Positions 9,134-20,176 are shown, counted from the stretch's first letter. The stretch: 64,000 bases of DNA from Candidatus Dojkabacteria bacterium (GCA_016932785.1 JAFGCJ010000002.1:13983-77982), one strand, 5' to 3'. Numbers and translations are program-made. Notes: generated from the sequence alone by a model not told the origin.

Positions 9134-11056
9134 ATGTATTCCAAAATAATCAGACTCATTTCGAGAATATCTATTGCTATTGCAGGGGTTGCCTCAGCTG
9201 TTTTGTTTTTGTCCTCTAGTGTATGTGCTCTGGAAAAGTCTGATGTGACGTCTACTTTTTCCGCAGATTATAGTGTAAACGAAGAAAATGAGGCGGACGT
9301 CACTATAAGTATTATTTTCCACAATAACGCCGAAAACCCGACAATTCTTACTTCATATGATTTGAATCTTGGAAATATAAAGCCTGAATCTGTGAAGGTT
9401 TATCATAATAACAGTACTTTGAGTTATGAAGTTACTGAGGCTAAGGGGTATATCGTGACAATTCTTATTGGAGATGTTCTGTTAAGATCTGGTGCTGATT
9501 ATGAAGTAAAGGTCAGTTATGTACTGAAGCCTTTCTTTCATGAGAATGGAGGAGCATATGATGCCGGATTTCCTTTGTTCAAACTTAATAGCAAGTCGAA
9601 GCTGGATAAAATAGGGGTAAGCTATCCTGAGGTATATGGCCCAGTAAATTACTCGAATGCTATTTATGAAGCCGACTTGAATGATAATAGATGGGACATA
9701 GATTTTGAAGATTCTGATGAACTTTCCGATATATATTTTTCAGCTGGAAGTAAAAAATTCTTTAGTTTCACTTCAGAACGAAAATTGGTGAATGATCAGG
9801 ACGTATATGTTAATAAGACTGTCCTGCTTTTTCCCGATTTGACGAGCCAGTCTATTGTGATGTCCAGCATCTCAGAATATCCCGGCGATGTATATAAAAG
9901 CGATACCGACAATTATGTACTTACTTATGATGTGCCCCCGGAAGATGATCTTTGGGTAAGATTTCGTGGGTATATAGAGGTCTCCTTGCCGACAGAAGAA
10001 CAAAGATGGCTTTCTCTTTCACCGGCTGAAAAGACAGTCGCTTTGGATACTCAGCAGAAATGGTGGAAAATTTCTGACGATAAGATAATTAAAGACCTTG
10101 GCCAGGCAGAAGAAATGGAGTTCGAGAAAAAGCTAGAATGGATATATGGATATGTCATGGAAAGTCTTAACCTGAGTGGCGATTTTCGGACCCAGCATGA
10201 CACAGAATATAGGAAAGGTGCTAACGTTTCTTTGAGGACCTACAAAAACGCTACAGCTGAGGATTTTGCAGATGCGTATGTTGGTCTTGCCAGATATCTT
10301 AATATACCTTCTCGTGTTGTTGCCGGCTATGTGTTCCCCTACGCCGCATCTGGGGATATGATTGGAATGTTTCATGTTTGGCCTCAATATTGGGATCCAG
10401 ATCTTGGTTGGATTTCTGTTGATCCTGCATATGAAAAGTATACTGATTTGAATATGGAGTATCAGGTTGGTCTGAACCGTGTGATTACGATGATAGTAAC
10501 CGATGAATTGGATGAGTCTCTTTTTAGTGAAACGTCAAGTGAGATCTTCTTAACGAACGAGGAGATTGCAAAAACTGCTCACCTGGAGGCTGAAATCGAA
10601 ATCGATGATAAAATTTCAGCAGGTTTATCTCAAACAGGTGTTCTAAAGGTGAAAAATGATGGTAATACTATCCTCAGCGGCTTTAGTTTTACTGAGGAAG
10701 ATGCCGGGTTTTCTGTTGAAGTTGATGAAAACAACCTTAGAGATGTGATTCTTCCTGGTGAAGAGGTTGAATTCAAATTTAATGTTAAGATTGATAACTG
10801 GTATTGGTCCGGGGATAAGAAACTTAAATTCCTTGTTGTTGCAGAAGGCGCAGATAACACATTACGAACTGGTATAGAGAAAACCTTTGAGGTTAAGCCA
10901 TTGTGGTGGGCTGAACCTGTTACCTGGATTGTCACATTGCTTGTATTTGCTGTAATAACATTTTTGATGTTCCTTTTTTCCAAAATGGCAGTATTGTTAT
11001 TTCGTCGTGTTCAACCGTCAATAGCTAAGTTATGGCAAAGGATAAAAAAGAAATGA
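9134..11056 (+). CDS. Secreted/membrane-anchored transglutaminase-like domain protein
   Basis: Signal peptide; 'DFADAYVGLARYLNIPSRVVAGY...FHVWPQYW...GWISVDP' TGase core; C-terminal Ig-like region and TM helix. Confidence 0.85.
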   Translation: MYSKIIRLISRISIAIAGVASAVLFLSSSVCALEKSDVTSTFSADYSVNEENEADVTISIIFHNNAENPTILTSYDLNLGNIKPESVKVYHNNSTLSYEVTEAKGYIVTILIGDVLLRSGADYEVKVSYVLKPFFHENGGAYDAGFPLFKLNSKSKLDKIGVSYPEVYGPVNYSNAIYEADLNDNRWDIDFEDSDELSDIYFSAGSKKFFSFTSERKLVNDQDVYVNKTVLLFPDLTSQSIVMSSISEYPGDVYKSDTDNYVLTYDVPPEDDLWVRFRGYIEVSLPTEEQRWLSLSPAEKTVALDTQQKWWKISDDKIIKDLGQAEEMEFEKKLEWIYGYVMESLNLSGDFRTQHDTEYRKGANVSLRTYKNATAEDFADAYVGLARYLNIPSRVVAGYVFPYAASGDMIGMFHVWPQYWDPDLGWISVDPAYEKYTDLNMEYQVGLNRVITMIVTDELDESLFSETSSEIFLTNEEIAKTAHLEAEIEIDDKISAGLSQTGVLKVKNDGNTILSGFSFTEEDAGFSVEVDENNLRDVILPGEEVEFKFNVKIDNWYWSGDKKLKFLVVAEGADNTLRTGIEKTFEVKPLWWAEPVTWIVTLLVFAVITFLMFLFSKMAVLLFRRVQPSIAKLWQRIKKK

Positions 11057-11454
11057 TTCCTTTGATTATTGCATCAGTTGTTGCTGTTATACTTATCGTA
11101 GTCTTGGTTCTTTTGGGAGGAAGGCCAAATAAACAGGAAAGGGAAAATATTTACTCTTCTCTTAATGAATGTTTGGCCAAGCGCGGCGGAGGTGACGCTG
11201 AACGGCGGGATTGCATTATAAAGATGGATAACCTGCTTGGAAGAAGCATGAAATATGCCTTAGTCCGTGGTGAGACTGTTGGGGAAAGGTTGAAGAACGC
11301 TAAGACGCTTTTTAATCGTGATGACTACAATGGGATCTGGGAGGCACACAAACTTAGAAATAGAATTGTTCATGAGGATGTTGCTATGGCTAGCGGAGAG
11401 TTTGATCGTGCTGTAAAATATTTTCAACTAGCTATTAGGAGGTTGCTTAAATGA
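11053..11454 (+). CDS. Membrane-anchored hypothetical protein (HEPN/DUF4145-like RNxxxH)
   Basis: ATGA overlap with upstream stop; 'GETVGERLK...IWEAHKLRNRIVHE'. Confidence 0.65.
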   Translation: MIPLIIASVVAVILIVVLVLLGGRPNKQERENIYSSLNECLAKRGGGDAERRDCIIKMDNLLGRSMKYALVRGETVGERLKNAKTLFNRDDYNGIWEAHKLRNRIVHEDVAMASGEFDRAVKYFQLAIRRLLK

Positions 11455-12140
11455 AGAAAATATTAAATATATTAGTATTAGTGTTCTGCCTGACTTTAGT
11501 GGTTATACCTGTAAACGCTCAGGAGTCAGGTGAGGAAGATCTTCAAGAAGAAGATCTGAATACTGAAAAAAGTGATACCGTTGATAGTCAGAATGATGCT
11601 GATACCGTTGATGCTGAAGAAGATTTGGATTCTGAAGATACTCAGCAAGAGGGTGACTCTGAGGAGAAGGTGGAAACTTTTTTTGAGGTAGAATCTGAGA
11701 TTGGAACGCAGTCGGTTATTACCGGTGAGATTCCAATCTATTTATATCTGCGTCCTAAAATTGATTCTTCAAAAGCTCAACTGGAATGGAGTGTTCCGAG
11801 AGGACTTGAGGCTGGGTCATCAACAGAGGTTTGGTTTGAGATGAAGGAAGATGAGGGCAGAACTTTTGTTTTGTATGTTAAGCCTGAGGAGTCTGGTAAA
11901 TACAAAGTTACAGTGAACGTGACTGCTTGGCGGTATGATACGACGTATTTTGACTCAGCAGATGTAGAATTCGAGGTGGATGATAATCTTCTTGTAACTC
12001 CGCAGTCTGCTGAATATAAAAGAAATAAGATGTTTCTTGCTGTGGGATTAGTCTTGGGGGTTCTGGTTGTACTTTCAGGAAGTTTTTTCCTCATTAAATT
12101 CCTAATTGGAAAATTCAAACAATGGATGGCAGAAGATTAA
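11451..12140 (+). CDS. Secreted/membrane-anchored hypothetical protein with acidic linker and Ig-like domain
   Basis: Signal peptide (VNA-Q), D/E-rich linker, beta-rich domain, C-terminal TM; ATGA overlap. Confidence 0.7.
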   Translation: MKKILNILVLVFCLTLVVIPVNAQESGEEDLQEEDLNTEKSDTVDSQNDADTVDAEEDLDSEDTQQEGDSEEKVETFFEVESEIGTQSVITGEIPIYLYLRPKIDSSKAQLEWSVPRGLEAGSSTEVWFEMKEDEGRTFVLYVKPEESGKYKVTVNVTAWRYDTTYFDSADVEFEVDDNLLVTPQSAEYKRNKMFLAVGLVLGVLVVLSGSFFLIKFLIGKFKQWMAED

Positions 12141-13093
12141 CAGTAAGAAGACCTTCGATAAAGGATAGGTTTCGTAAAATGTTGAAGAAAATTAGTCTGG
12201 GTAAGATTTTTCTTTTTATAGGTGGGGCGGTTGTCGTTGCCGGGTTCTGTTTCCTTGTTTATTATTTTTATGAAGACATACTTCTTCTTTTCCCTGGTTA
12301 TTACAATAATCGGGAGTACAATTCTTTGACTGCTGATAAAAATGATCTGATAGATGAAAATGCCCTTCTTCTTGAAAAGAATGACGCTTTAAATGAAGAA
12401 ATTTCCCAGCTTGGTACGTCATCTTCTGATTTTCAGAGCAAAGTAGATATAAACTTGGAGGTAACAGAAAATCTGGAAAAAATTGAGAATAACTTGGAGA
12501 AAATTGATGAATACAATGAGAAATTTACGAATATGCGGCTGCCACTGGTTATCGAAAGATATACCAAACTTTCTGCAGAGCTTGATGATGTTAGAAAAGA
12601 TATGATTTCAAAATCTAAGGAGATCGTTGCGGCCAGGATTGAGATGGATGAACTTAATAAGATGAGAGCGGAATTTGATGAATGTCTTGGAAAAATAAAC
12701 TGGAATAAACCCAATTCAGAAATAGCGTCTTCATTAAAAACATGTAATCAGAAGATTGATGACATGCAAAGTGAGATAGATGAGATGGAGAAAGATTACG
12801 ACGTCGAGCTTGATCAGCTCGATAATTACTTCAAAATTCTTGAGGAACAGTGGACTACAAGTGTCTCTTATCATGAAGCTTTGGCAAAAAAGAACTATAC
12901 GGAAGCGAACAAATTTGATTCGATTTATGCCGACAAGAAGAAGATTATCTCAGAAATGGATATTGCAGTGTTTAATGAATTTAATGGAGAAGCAATAGAT
13001 CATCTGATCGATGAATTTGAGAAACTTGCAGAAAAGGAAGTTGAAAAGGAGCAGGAAGCAAATAAGTGGTATGAGGACAATATTAGAAAGTAA
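12122..13093 (+). CDS. Membrane-anchored coiled-coil protein
   Basis: Single TM followed by long heptad-rich helical region. Confidence 0.7.
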   Translation: MDGRRLTVRRPSIKDRFRKMLKKISLGKIFLFIGGAVVVAGFCFLVYYFYEDILLLFPGYYNNREYNSLTADKNDLIDENALLLEKNDALNEEISQLGTSSSDFQSKVDINLEVTENLEKIENNLEKIDEYNEKFTNMRLPLVIERYTKLSAELDDVRKDMISKSKEIVAARIEMDELNKMRAEFDECLGKINWNKPNSEIASSLKTCNQKIDDMQSEIDEMEKDYDVELDQLDNYFKILEEQWTTSVSYHEALAKKNYTEANKFDSIYADKKKIISEMDIAVFNEFNGEAIDHLIDEFEKLAEKEVEKEQEANKWYEDNIRK

Positions 13094-13103
13094 CAGACTG
13101 AGA

Positions 13104-15014
13104 CTATATATCTTTATCTTTCACCCCGACTTTTTTAAGAGTGGCCAGGCAATCTGTAACATCAACTTTTAGAACTACATCCCCTAGCCCGTCCGTTGTT
13201 CCTAGTTTTGCAGATTCGATGAAAAGCCATAAGAGAATTGTTCTGGCATCTTTGCTTTCCATCCACTCTTTTCCGAATCTCTTCTGAATTGCTGCCTTTA
13301 TGGACATTTCTTTTGGTTTTGCATTTGCTTTGGAAGTACTTTTGGACTGGTCTTTTCTTACTATAAAGCTTCTTATATATCTCAATCCGTCGTCGGGACT
13401 GGGCGGACTTACTCTGTAGGAATAACCTGAGTCCTTTGACGAAACCTTGAGTCCCCTTTCCCTCCAGTCTTTTTCTTTTTCCCCAAGCTCCCATTTGGTT
13501 CTCCAGAGGAATTCTTCCTTGAGGTCACCTCTTTCCCCTTTGTCCCAGAGTTCGTCAAATTTCTTTCTTAGTAGAATTTGGGAGCGTGAAAATGGGGCCT
13601 GAGATCTGGTAACCCACGCTGAGAATAAATTGGGAAACTCTTTTCCATGGTATTTTTTCTTGTACGGAAGTTTGACCTTGCTGTAGAAATAGTCTTGAAC
13701 AATTTGTGTGTATACTTCTTGTACAGATTGGGCTACTCTTTTTTGGGTTCCCTCCGGTAAAACGGATGATTTTTCAGCCATTTCAATTAAAGTGTTAAAT
13801 ACTGCGTGTATTGATTCGTGTGCAAGTGTCGGGAGGTATTCGTCAAGAAGGTTGATCCGCGGTGTCATATATATAACTATTATTGATTCCCCGCTACTAT
13901 TTTTTGTTGTAGATTGAAGCGCTCTGGTCGCAGACGCCGGATGGGTAGGATTAAGTATTACATTTCGCGGGGATCTTTTCTTTGCAAGAGGGAGATAGTC
14001 ATAAAGAATCTCCTCCGCTTTCTTGATCATTTCCTTAAGCTCTTTTTCGGATCGTAGCCTTTTAGGACGTTTCTTCCTTCGTGCTTCTTCGGCGATAAGA
14101 TCACTGCTGTATATTACCCCAGTCTTTTTGTATCTGGAATAGGTTTGCGGTGCCTCATCTTCCATATGTTTTAGCATCTCTTTTGTTAGTTCTTTATCGA
14201 AAAGAAACTTTTCGAGCCCTTGAATTGTCTTCTGATGGTCAGGATAATCATAGAATTTGAGATAGCTGTCAATGTCTAGTCCAATTTCTCTGATGTCCTT
14301 CCATATTTCCCAGGCGATTTTTATTGCCATGAAATCAAGAGTCTCGTCTCTGGAGAGTATTCCAAGAATTTTTAGCATCTCATCCCGTAGGTCGTCAGGA
14401 ATGTCGCATGTATAGAAATAGTCTGTTATAAGTCCAGGACGTCCTCCTGTAAGCTTGTCGTATTTCTTTTTTAATTTGGTATAGTCTTCATTGTTAAATC
14501 TGGCATATTCTTTGATTGCGTAATCTACCCGGTTTAAAATATAGTCTGTGGGATCGACCTTGCCATCGTCTCTTTCTTCTTCTGTCCTTCCGGCAAGAGT
14601 ATCGGCGAGTCTCATGGGCTCAGTATCGTATCTTGCATTGATTGCGCAATCCAGAAGATAACGTGCGGATCTTCCCAGTTGGTCTTTGTAATCGGATTTT
14701 CTTAGTTTATTCCAATAAGTGTAGCTGTCTTTGAGGACCTGTTTAATGAAGGGATACTTTTCTTTGTAGGATTTGGGGAGGGATTTTACTTTCGTTTGGT
14801 AGGGTTTTCTTTGTGGATGGTATCGTAATTCTTGCCACTTTTTTTTGTTCAGGACTGCGTCGTATCTTATGGAAACAAGGTCCCACTGTTCTTCGGAGAC
14901 GTCTGTGAGATCGAGTAGAAGTTCCAGCCATTCTTTTCTGAAGTTTTTCTTGCCGTCACGAAGGTATTTCAGCTCACTTTGGTATTTTCTTGCAAGGGTT
15001 TGCACGAGTTTCAT
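13104..15014 (-). CDS. Hypothetical protein with HExxH zinc-metallopeptidase motif (gluzincin-like)
   Basis: 636 aa; 'TLAHESIHAVF' plus downstream 'SVQEVYTQ' candidate third ligand; starts 7 nt after uvrA stop. Confidence 0.6.
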   Translation of the reverse strand: MKLVQTLARKYQSELKYLRDGKKNFRKEWLELLLDLTDVSEEQWDLVSIRYDAVLNKKKWQELRYHPQRKPYQTKVKSLPKSYKEKYPFIKQVLKDSYTYWNKLRKSDYKDQLGRSARYLLDCAINARYDTEPMRLADTLAGRTEEERDDGKVDPTDYILNRVDYAIKEYARFNNEDYTKLKKKYDKLTGGRPGLITDYFYTCDIPDDLRDEMLKILGILSRDETLDFMAIKIAWEIWKDIREIGLDIDSYLKFYDYPDHQKTIQGLEKFLFDKELTKEMLKHMEDEAPQTYSRYKKTGVIYSSDLIAEEARRKKRPKRLRSEKELKEMIKKAEEILYDYLPLAKKRSPRNVILNPTHPASATRALQSTTKNSSGESIIVIYMTPRINLLDEYLPTLAHESIHAVFNTLIEMAEKSSVLPEGTQKRVAQSVQEVYTQIVQDYFYSKVKLPYKKKYHGKEFPNLFSAWVTRSQAPFSRSQILLRKKFDELWDKGERGDLKEEFLWRTKWELGEKEKDWRERGLKVSSKDSGYSYRVSPPSPDDGLRYIRSFIVRKDQSKSTSKANAKPKEMSIKAAIQKRFGKEWMESKDARTILLWLFIESAKLGTTDGLGDVVLKVDVTDCLATLKKVGVKDKDI

Positions 15015-15021
15015 TTGCCTA

Positions 15022-17943
15022 TTATTTAAGATGCTTTTTCAACGATTGACCAGTATGGCTTCTTTTAACTTTGATTAGATCTTCAACTGTTCCCTGGGCT
15101 ACGATTTCTCCGCCCTTCTCACCGCCTTCCGGTCCAAGATCTATTATCCAGTCAGATGATTTTATCACATCGAGATTGTGTTCGATCAGTATTACGGTGT
15201 GTCCTTGATCCACCAGACGGTGTAAAACCTGAATAAGCTTATCTACATCATGAAAGTGGAGACCGGTAGTAGGCTCATCCAGAAGATATACAGTATGCCC
15301 TCTTGGAACTTTTGAGAGCTCTGTTGCGAGCTTGATTCTCTGCGCTTCACCGCCTGAGAGGGTTGTGGCAGGTTGTCCTAATCTGATGTAGCCTAGTCCG
15401 ACATCGACCAGAGTGTCAAGCCTTCTTTTTACTCTTCCAAAGCTGCTGAAGAAATCCTGTGCTTCGGTAACAGTCATGTCAAGAACGTCCGAGATGTTCT
15501 TACCCTTGAAATCTACCTGAAGAACTTCTCGGTTATACCTTTTTCCATCGCATTCCTCACATTTTACGTACATGTCAGGAAGAAACTGCATCTCAATTTT
15601 TATTGCTCCGTCGCCCTTGCAGGTTTCACATCTTCCACCCTTGACATTAAAGCTGAATCTTCCAGGTTTATATCCCCTGGCCCGAGCTTCCTGTGTTTGG
15701 GAGAATAACTCACGTATTGGTGTGAATAGTCCTGTGTAAGTTGCCGGGTTGGAGCGCGGGGTTCTACCTATTGGGGATTGATCTATATTTATAACTTTAG
15801 TTATATTCTCTATTCCCTCAAAGGAGTCATGTTTTCCCGGTATTTGTTTACCATTTTGCAGCTCGTTAACGAGAATCTTGTATAGAGTGTCATTTACAAG
15901 TGTTGATTTGCCGCTTCCTGATACTCCGGTTACGCTGATCATCTTCCCAAGAGGGAATTCGGCTGTGATTTTCTTGAGGTTGTGCTCCTTGGCGCCTATT
16001 ATTGTGAACTTATTAATGCTTTTAGACTCCCTTCTATCTGGTCTATGGACCTCAAGTTTACCGGAAAGATATTTACCAGTCAGAGATTTGGGATCCTTTT
16101 CTATTTGCTTTGGAGTGCCCTCGGATACGATCTTTCCTCCATGTTCTCCAGCACCCGGTCCCATATCGATAATCCAGTCTGCTGTTCTCATTGTCTCTTC
16201 GTCGTGTTCGACTACAATTACTGTATTTCCGAGTTCACGGAGACCGGTAAGTGTATCGAGTAGCCGTCCCATGTCTCTGTCGTGAAGTCCGATCGAGGGC
16301 TCGTCTAGCACGTAAAGAACTCCGGTAAGGCCGGTTCCTATTTGGGAAGCAAGTCGGATTCTTTGTGCTTCGCCTCCTGATAATGTGTTGGCCTTTCGGG
16401 AAAGATTAAGATATTCGAGTCCAACGTTCTGCAGGAAGCTGAGTCTTAATGAAATCTCTTTTAGAATAGGTTTCGCAATGACTTTTTTCTGTGAGGATAG
16501 ATCTAGTTTTTTGATCCATTCCTGAAGATCCTTAATTGTCATGTCTTGAGTCTCAGAGATATTCTTTTTACCTACTGTTACGGCGAGGCTTGTAGGTCTA
16601 AGTCTCTTTCCCTCACACTCCTCGCAGAGAATATCTCGCATGTATTTTTCGTACTCATTTCTTGCATACTCAGAGTTTGTCTCACTGTATCGACGTTCAA
16701 TTTCGGGTATAACTCCTTCGTATTCTGTTTCATAGACCTGTTTTTTCCCAAATCTGTTCACGTACTCGATTGCGTATGGTGGTTTGCTGCCCTTTCCATA
16801 GAATATAAGGTCGAAGATTTCCTGGGGTAATTCCCCTATTGGTGTTCTTAAATTGAATCTGTGTTTTTTTGACACCGCCTCGAGTTTGCGGAGGGTCCAT
16901 GAGTCGGTTGTTGTCTTATTAGACCATGGGAATATGCCGCCTTCGGTGATGGACAGGTTGGGATTGTAAACAAGTTCGATTGCGACTCTTTTGATCTCTC
17001 CCAGGCCGCTGCAGTTTGGGCAGGCACCATGTGGCGAGTTAAAGGAAAATGAGTGCGGCTCGAGTTTTGGGAATGAAATGTCGCATACCGGACAACTGTT
17101 GTTCTCTGAATAAAAGAACTCTCTATCGTTGATAATAATCAGGGCTTCTCCTTCTGCGTTGTTGAGTGCCACCTCTAGTGAATCTGTTAATCTTTTCTTT
17201 GTGTCTTCTTTTTTCTCTTGGTTAGATGTTTTGCTGTATGTTAGACGATCAACAATTATTTCTATTGTATGCTTTTGGAACTTCTTAAGCTTAATGTCCT
17301 CTTCAAGGTTTCTTGTGTCGCCATCTACTCTTACCCTTATAAATCCCTTGGATAGTAAGCTGTCAAAAAGGTCTGAATATTCTCCTTTCCGTCCTTTCAC
17401 AATTGGTGAAAGGACTTGAACTTTAGCCTCGCCAGTTTTCTCTAGTCTTTGCAGAATGCTGTCTGTAATCTGCTGAACTGACTGTGCCTTTACCGGTTTT
17501 CCGCATTTGGGACAGTGAGGAATACCTATTCTTGCGTAGAGTAATCTCATGTAGTCGTTTATTTCAGTAATGGTTCCTACCGTTGATCTTGGGTTACGAC
17601 CAGCAGTCTTTTGGTCGATTGATATTGCCGGTGAAAGTCCTGTAATTAGGTCAACATCAGGCTTCTCCATGAGCTCGAGGAATTGTCTTGCGTAGGAAGA
17701 TAAAGACTCGACATATCTTCTCTGACCCTCTGCATAAAGAGTGTCAAAGGCAAGAGAGGACTTTCCACTTCCTGATACACCTGTTAAAACAACAAATTTG
17801 AATTTGGGTATCTTTACATTGATATTCTTTAGATTGTGTACACGTGCCCCTTTGATGAAAATCTCTTCATCACCGTGATTTATCGCAGAGGAAGCTTTAG
17901 TTTCGGCTTTTATTCGGTTGCTTTGGGTCTTTATTTTTGCCAT
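15022..17943 (-). CDS. uvrA: Excinuclease ABC subunit A
   Basis: Two Walker A motifs ([10 protein letters not shown]), LSGGEAQRI twice, zinc fingers, NPRSTVGT. Confidence 0.98.
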   Translation of the reverse strand: MAKIKTQSNRIKAETKASSAINHGDEEIFIKGARVHNLKNINVKIPKFKFVVLTGVSGSGKSSLAFDTLYAEGQRRYVESLSSYARQFLELMEKPDVDLITGLSPAISIDQKTAGRNPRSTVGTITEINDYMRLLYARIGIPHCPKCGKPVKAQSVQQITDSILQRLEKTGEAKVQVLSPIVKGRKGEYSDLFDSLLSKGFIRVRVDGDTRNLEEDIKLKKFQKHTIEIIVDRLTYSKTSNQEKKEDTKKRLTDSLEVALNNAEGEALIIINDREFFYSENNSCPVCDISFPKLEPHSFSFNSPHGACPNCSGLGEIKRVAIELVYNPNLSITEGGIFPWSNKTTTDSWTLRKLEAVSKKHRFNLRTPIGELPQEIFDLIFYGKGSKPPYAIEYVNRFGKKQVYETEYEGVIPEIERRYSETNSEYARNEYEKYMRDILCEECEGKRLRPTSLAVTVGKKNISETQDMTIKDLQEWIKKLDLSSQKKVIAKPILKEISLRLSFLQNVGLEYLNLSRKANTLSGGEAQRIRLASQIGTGLTGVLYVLDEPSIGLHDRDMGRLLDTLTGLRELGNTVIVVEHDEETMRTADWIIDMGPGAGEHGGKIVSEGTPKQIEKDPKSLTGKYLSGKLEVHRPDRRESKSINKFTIIGAKEHNLKKITAEFPLGKMISVTGVSGSGKSTLVNDTLYKILVNELQNGKQIPGKHDSFEGIENITKVINIDQSPIGRTPRSNPATYTGLFTPIRELFSQTQEARARGYKPGRFSFNVKGGRCETCKGDGAIKIEMQFLPDMYVKCEECDGKRYNREVLQVDFKGKNISDVLDMTVTEAQDFFSSFGRVKRRLDTLVDVGLGYIRLGQPATTLSGGEAQRIKLATELSKVPRGHTVYLLDEPTTGLHFHDVDKLIQVLHRLVDQGHTVILIEHNLDVIKSSDWIIDLGPEGGEKGGEIVAQGTVEDLIKVKRSHTGQSLKKHLK

Positions 17944-17985
17944 TTGATTTATTTTAGGTCACAAATAAGTTATTTTAACAGAAGA

Positions 17986-18330
17986 TTATTGTTTTGGGGA
18001 AGGATCGGAGGACTGTATTCTTTCCTGAGGAATCTTTAGATAGTCCTGTATTTTATGGATTTCTGATAGCAGTTTTATTACTACCTGTTCCATCGCGGCG
18101 ATTCTTGTTTCAAGTTTGTACTCATTTGCATTGCTTTGGATAAAATAGTCAAGAGGTTTATTCAGTTCTTCAGCGATTCTTACAAGTGTCTCCAATGGAG
18201 GAATTGTACGTCCGGCTTCATATGCGCTGACCGCTTTGTCTGAAAGGCCTAGGGCCATCCCGAGATCCTTCTGGGAAATTGCCTGAGACTCTCTCGCATC
18301 TCTGATTTTAGTCCCTATTTCTTCAAGCAT
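17986..18330 (-). CDS. XRE-family HTH transcriptional regulator
   Basis: 'IRDARESQAISQKDLGMALGLSDKAVSAYEAGRTIP' HTH_3 plus C-terminal coiled coil. Confidence 0.92.
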   Translation of the reverse strand: MLEEIGTKIRDARESQAISQKDLGMALGLSDKAVSAYEAGRTIPPLETLVRIAEELNKPLDYFIQSNANEYKLETRIAAMEQVVIKLLSEIHKIQDYLKIPQERIQSSDPSPKQ

Positions 18331-18373
18331 GTATAGCGAGATTATACATAAACTACACTGGTATTAAAAGTGT

Positions 18374-19450
18374 TTAAAAAAATCTAGATAAAATATCTGC
18401 GACAAATCCTTTTGTTCTGCTACTTGTTGATGGTTGCTGCGGTTGTATCTGATCGGTAAATGTAGCCTTCGGCGGCTCCGGCGGGGGCATTTTTTCAGAT
18501 GTCAGTTCTGTTTGAGGTGGTTGAGTCTGTAGGGTTGGTTGGTCTGTTTGTGCAGGCTGCAATGTCTGAGGTGTTGGTTGGTTGGCTTGCATGTCCTGTG
18601 TCGGTTGTTGAGCTTGCTCAGTAGACGGCAGCTGTGGTGTAGGTTCTGCTGGTGCTGTTGTTTGCTGCGGTTGTAACCTTGTCGGCTGTGGTTTTGGTAA
18701 AAGATCTCTTTCCTCTCTTATCTTTTGGAGGTACTCGTTTTTTTCCTTTAGTAAATCGTTTAGCTCTCTGAATTCTTCAAGCTGATCTTTGATTTGTGTC
18801 TCGAGCATCTTACATCTAGATTGGAGTTGATCGCTTTGCGACTTAATTTTATTAAATTCTTGACCTTTTTCTATGAGTTCTTTATGTTCAGCCGAAGTTA
18901 ATAGTTGCTTCTTTATTTGCTCTTCATCAAGAGTGCTATATTTATAGTAGTTTATGTCTCTTGTATCCGGTTCTCTTCCCAACACTTCACTGTAAACAGT
19001 TTTTATCATCTGAATTCTCTCTTCAGGGGTGAGCCTTTTTTGCTGCTGTTGTTGACCATACATTCCGTTCATTCCTCCGAGATCTCCATATCCGCCAAAT
19101 CCTCCGTATGATCCGAATTCTCCAGGACTTCCATATTGATTTCCTCCTGTTTGCCAGGGGTTTTGTGTTGGCTGGGGAGGTTGTGCAGGCGGATTTGATT
19201 GTCGAGCTGATGAGCTGGAAGTTTGTTGTTGAGTGTTTTGAGTTTGCTTGGTTGTATTTGATTTTGGAGTGTCGGTCGGGATTTTGGCGATAGGTTTATC
19301 AGTTATCTTTGACTGAGATTTATGTGACTGAACTGGCGATTTAGTAGGATCGTTCTTTACGACCTTTTGATCATTATGTTTCTTCAAAGGAATAGTTTTG
19401 GGCTGTGCTGTATTGTTAGATCCCGTCTGTGATAGTGTTATTTCTGGCAT
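18374..19450 (-). CDS. Q/P/T-rich disordered protein with central DUF4214-like domain and coiled coil
   Basis: 'VYSEVLGREPDTRDINYY...LLTSAEH' DUF4214-like core flanked by low-complexity arms. Confidence 0.6.
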   Translation of the reverse strand: MPEITLSQTGSNNTAQPKTIPLKKHNDQKVVKNDPTKSPVQSHKSQSKITDKPIAKIPTDTPKSNTTKQTQNTQQQTSSSSARQSNPPAQPPQPTQNPWQTGGNQYGSPGEFGSYGGFGGYGDLGGMNGMYGQQQQQKRLTPEERIQMIKTVYSEVLGREPDTRDINYYKYSTLDEEQIKKQLLTSAEHKELIEKGQEFNKIKSQSDQLQSRCKMLETQIKDQLEEFRELNDLLKEKNEYLQKIREERDLLPKPQPTRLQPQQTTAPAEPTPQLPSTEQAQQPTQDMQANQPTPQTLQPAQTDQPTLQTQPPQTELTSEKMPPPEPPKATFTDQIQPQQPSTSSRTKGFVADILSRFF

Positions 19451-19565
19451 AGTTGAGTGTTAGAGCTCTATAATGCTTATAATTGTACATTATGCTGGGT
19501 CGATTGTGAATGATAGGTTTTTGTTTCTAAGCAGGGAGCCTTGGTGGTCTTTTATTTTATGGATA

Positions 19566-20048
19566 CTATCCGAGTACCCCCTTATAAAAGCCTCCTATAC
19601 CAGCCATTAGGCAAATCTCTCCGGTGTGAAGCATAATTTGAGTGATCCCTTGCCATAATGCTAACTCCTTTGTCATCTCTTGTCCCCACTCGGTCTTGAT
19701 TGTGGTGTTGAGATCTTCGATGCTTAAATTTTCTATCTGAGAATTAGTCTGATCCAAGTTCTCCTGGATCATTTCAAGTGCCTGTTTAATTGTTTTTATT
19801 GTTGGCTCATCATAGTTTTCAATGCTCTTTCCCTCAGCGAGGTGTCCTATAAAGTAATATCTTTCGGTAGTTAATGTATGCGATATTACCTGGGCTATGT
19901 TTCTGTCGTATTCTTTTACCATATGTTTGAGATTTTGGTCTAGAAAGCTTTCAACTACCGAGTAAAGCTGACTGTGTACGTCATTGTTAACTTGAAGCAG
20001 CGATCTGTACGGATATTCTTTGGAAGAGACGTCTGGGGTGTTGAGCAT
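19566..20048 (-). CDS. DinB/DUF664-like four-helix bundle protein
   Basis: 'NIAQVISHTLTTERYY' and 'QIMLHTGEI' His pattern typical of the DinB superfamily. Confidence 0.65.
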   Translation of the reverse strand: MLNTPDVSSKEYPYRSLLQVNNDVHSQLYSVVESFLDQNLKHMVKEYDRNIAQVISHTLTTERYYFIGHLAEGKSIENYDEPTIKTIKQALEMIQENLDQTNSQIENLSIEDLNTTIKTEWGQEMTKELALWQGITQIMLHTGEICLMAGIGGFYKGVLG

Positions 20049-20176
20049 TTAGGGCAAGGCTAAACTTAGTGTTGAAATATTATCCATAATTGTACAACAC
20101 TGTTGATTGAACGTTAATGTTGATTATATCGAATAGGCTTGAAATCTTGTATGATGCAGCCGAGGGTTATCAGATA

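Noticed and set aside
961-17419. Numerous 60-180-aa antisense ORFs within uvrC, dnaE, uvrA and other long genes
   Set aside because: Shadow ORFs with no recognisable motifs, opposite well-supported genes.
20049-20087. 12-codon in-frame uORF ending TAA immediately before the DinB-like ATG
   Set aside because: Its ATG is 1 nt from the TACAAT -10 box, so it is probably not transcribed; no evidence for readthrough.
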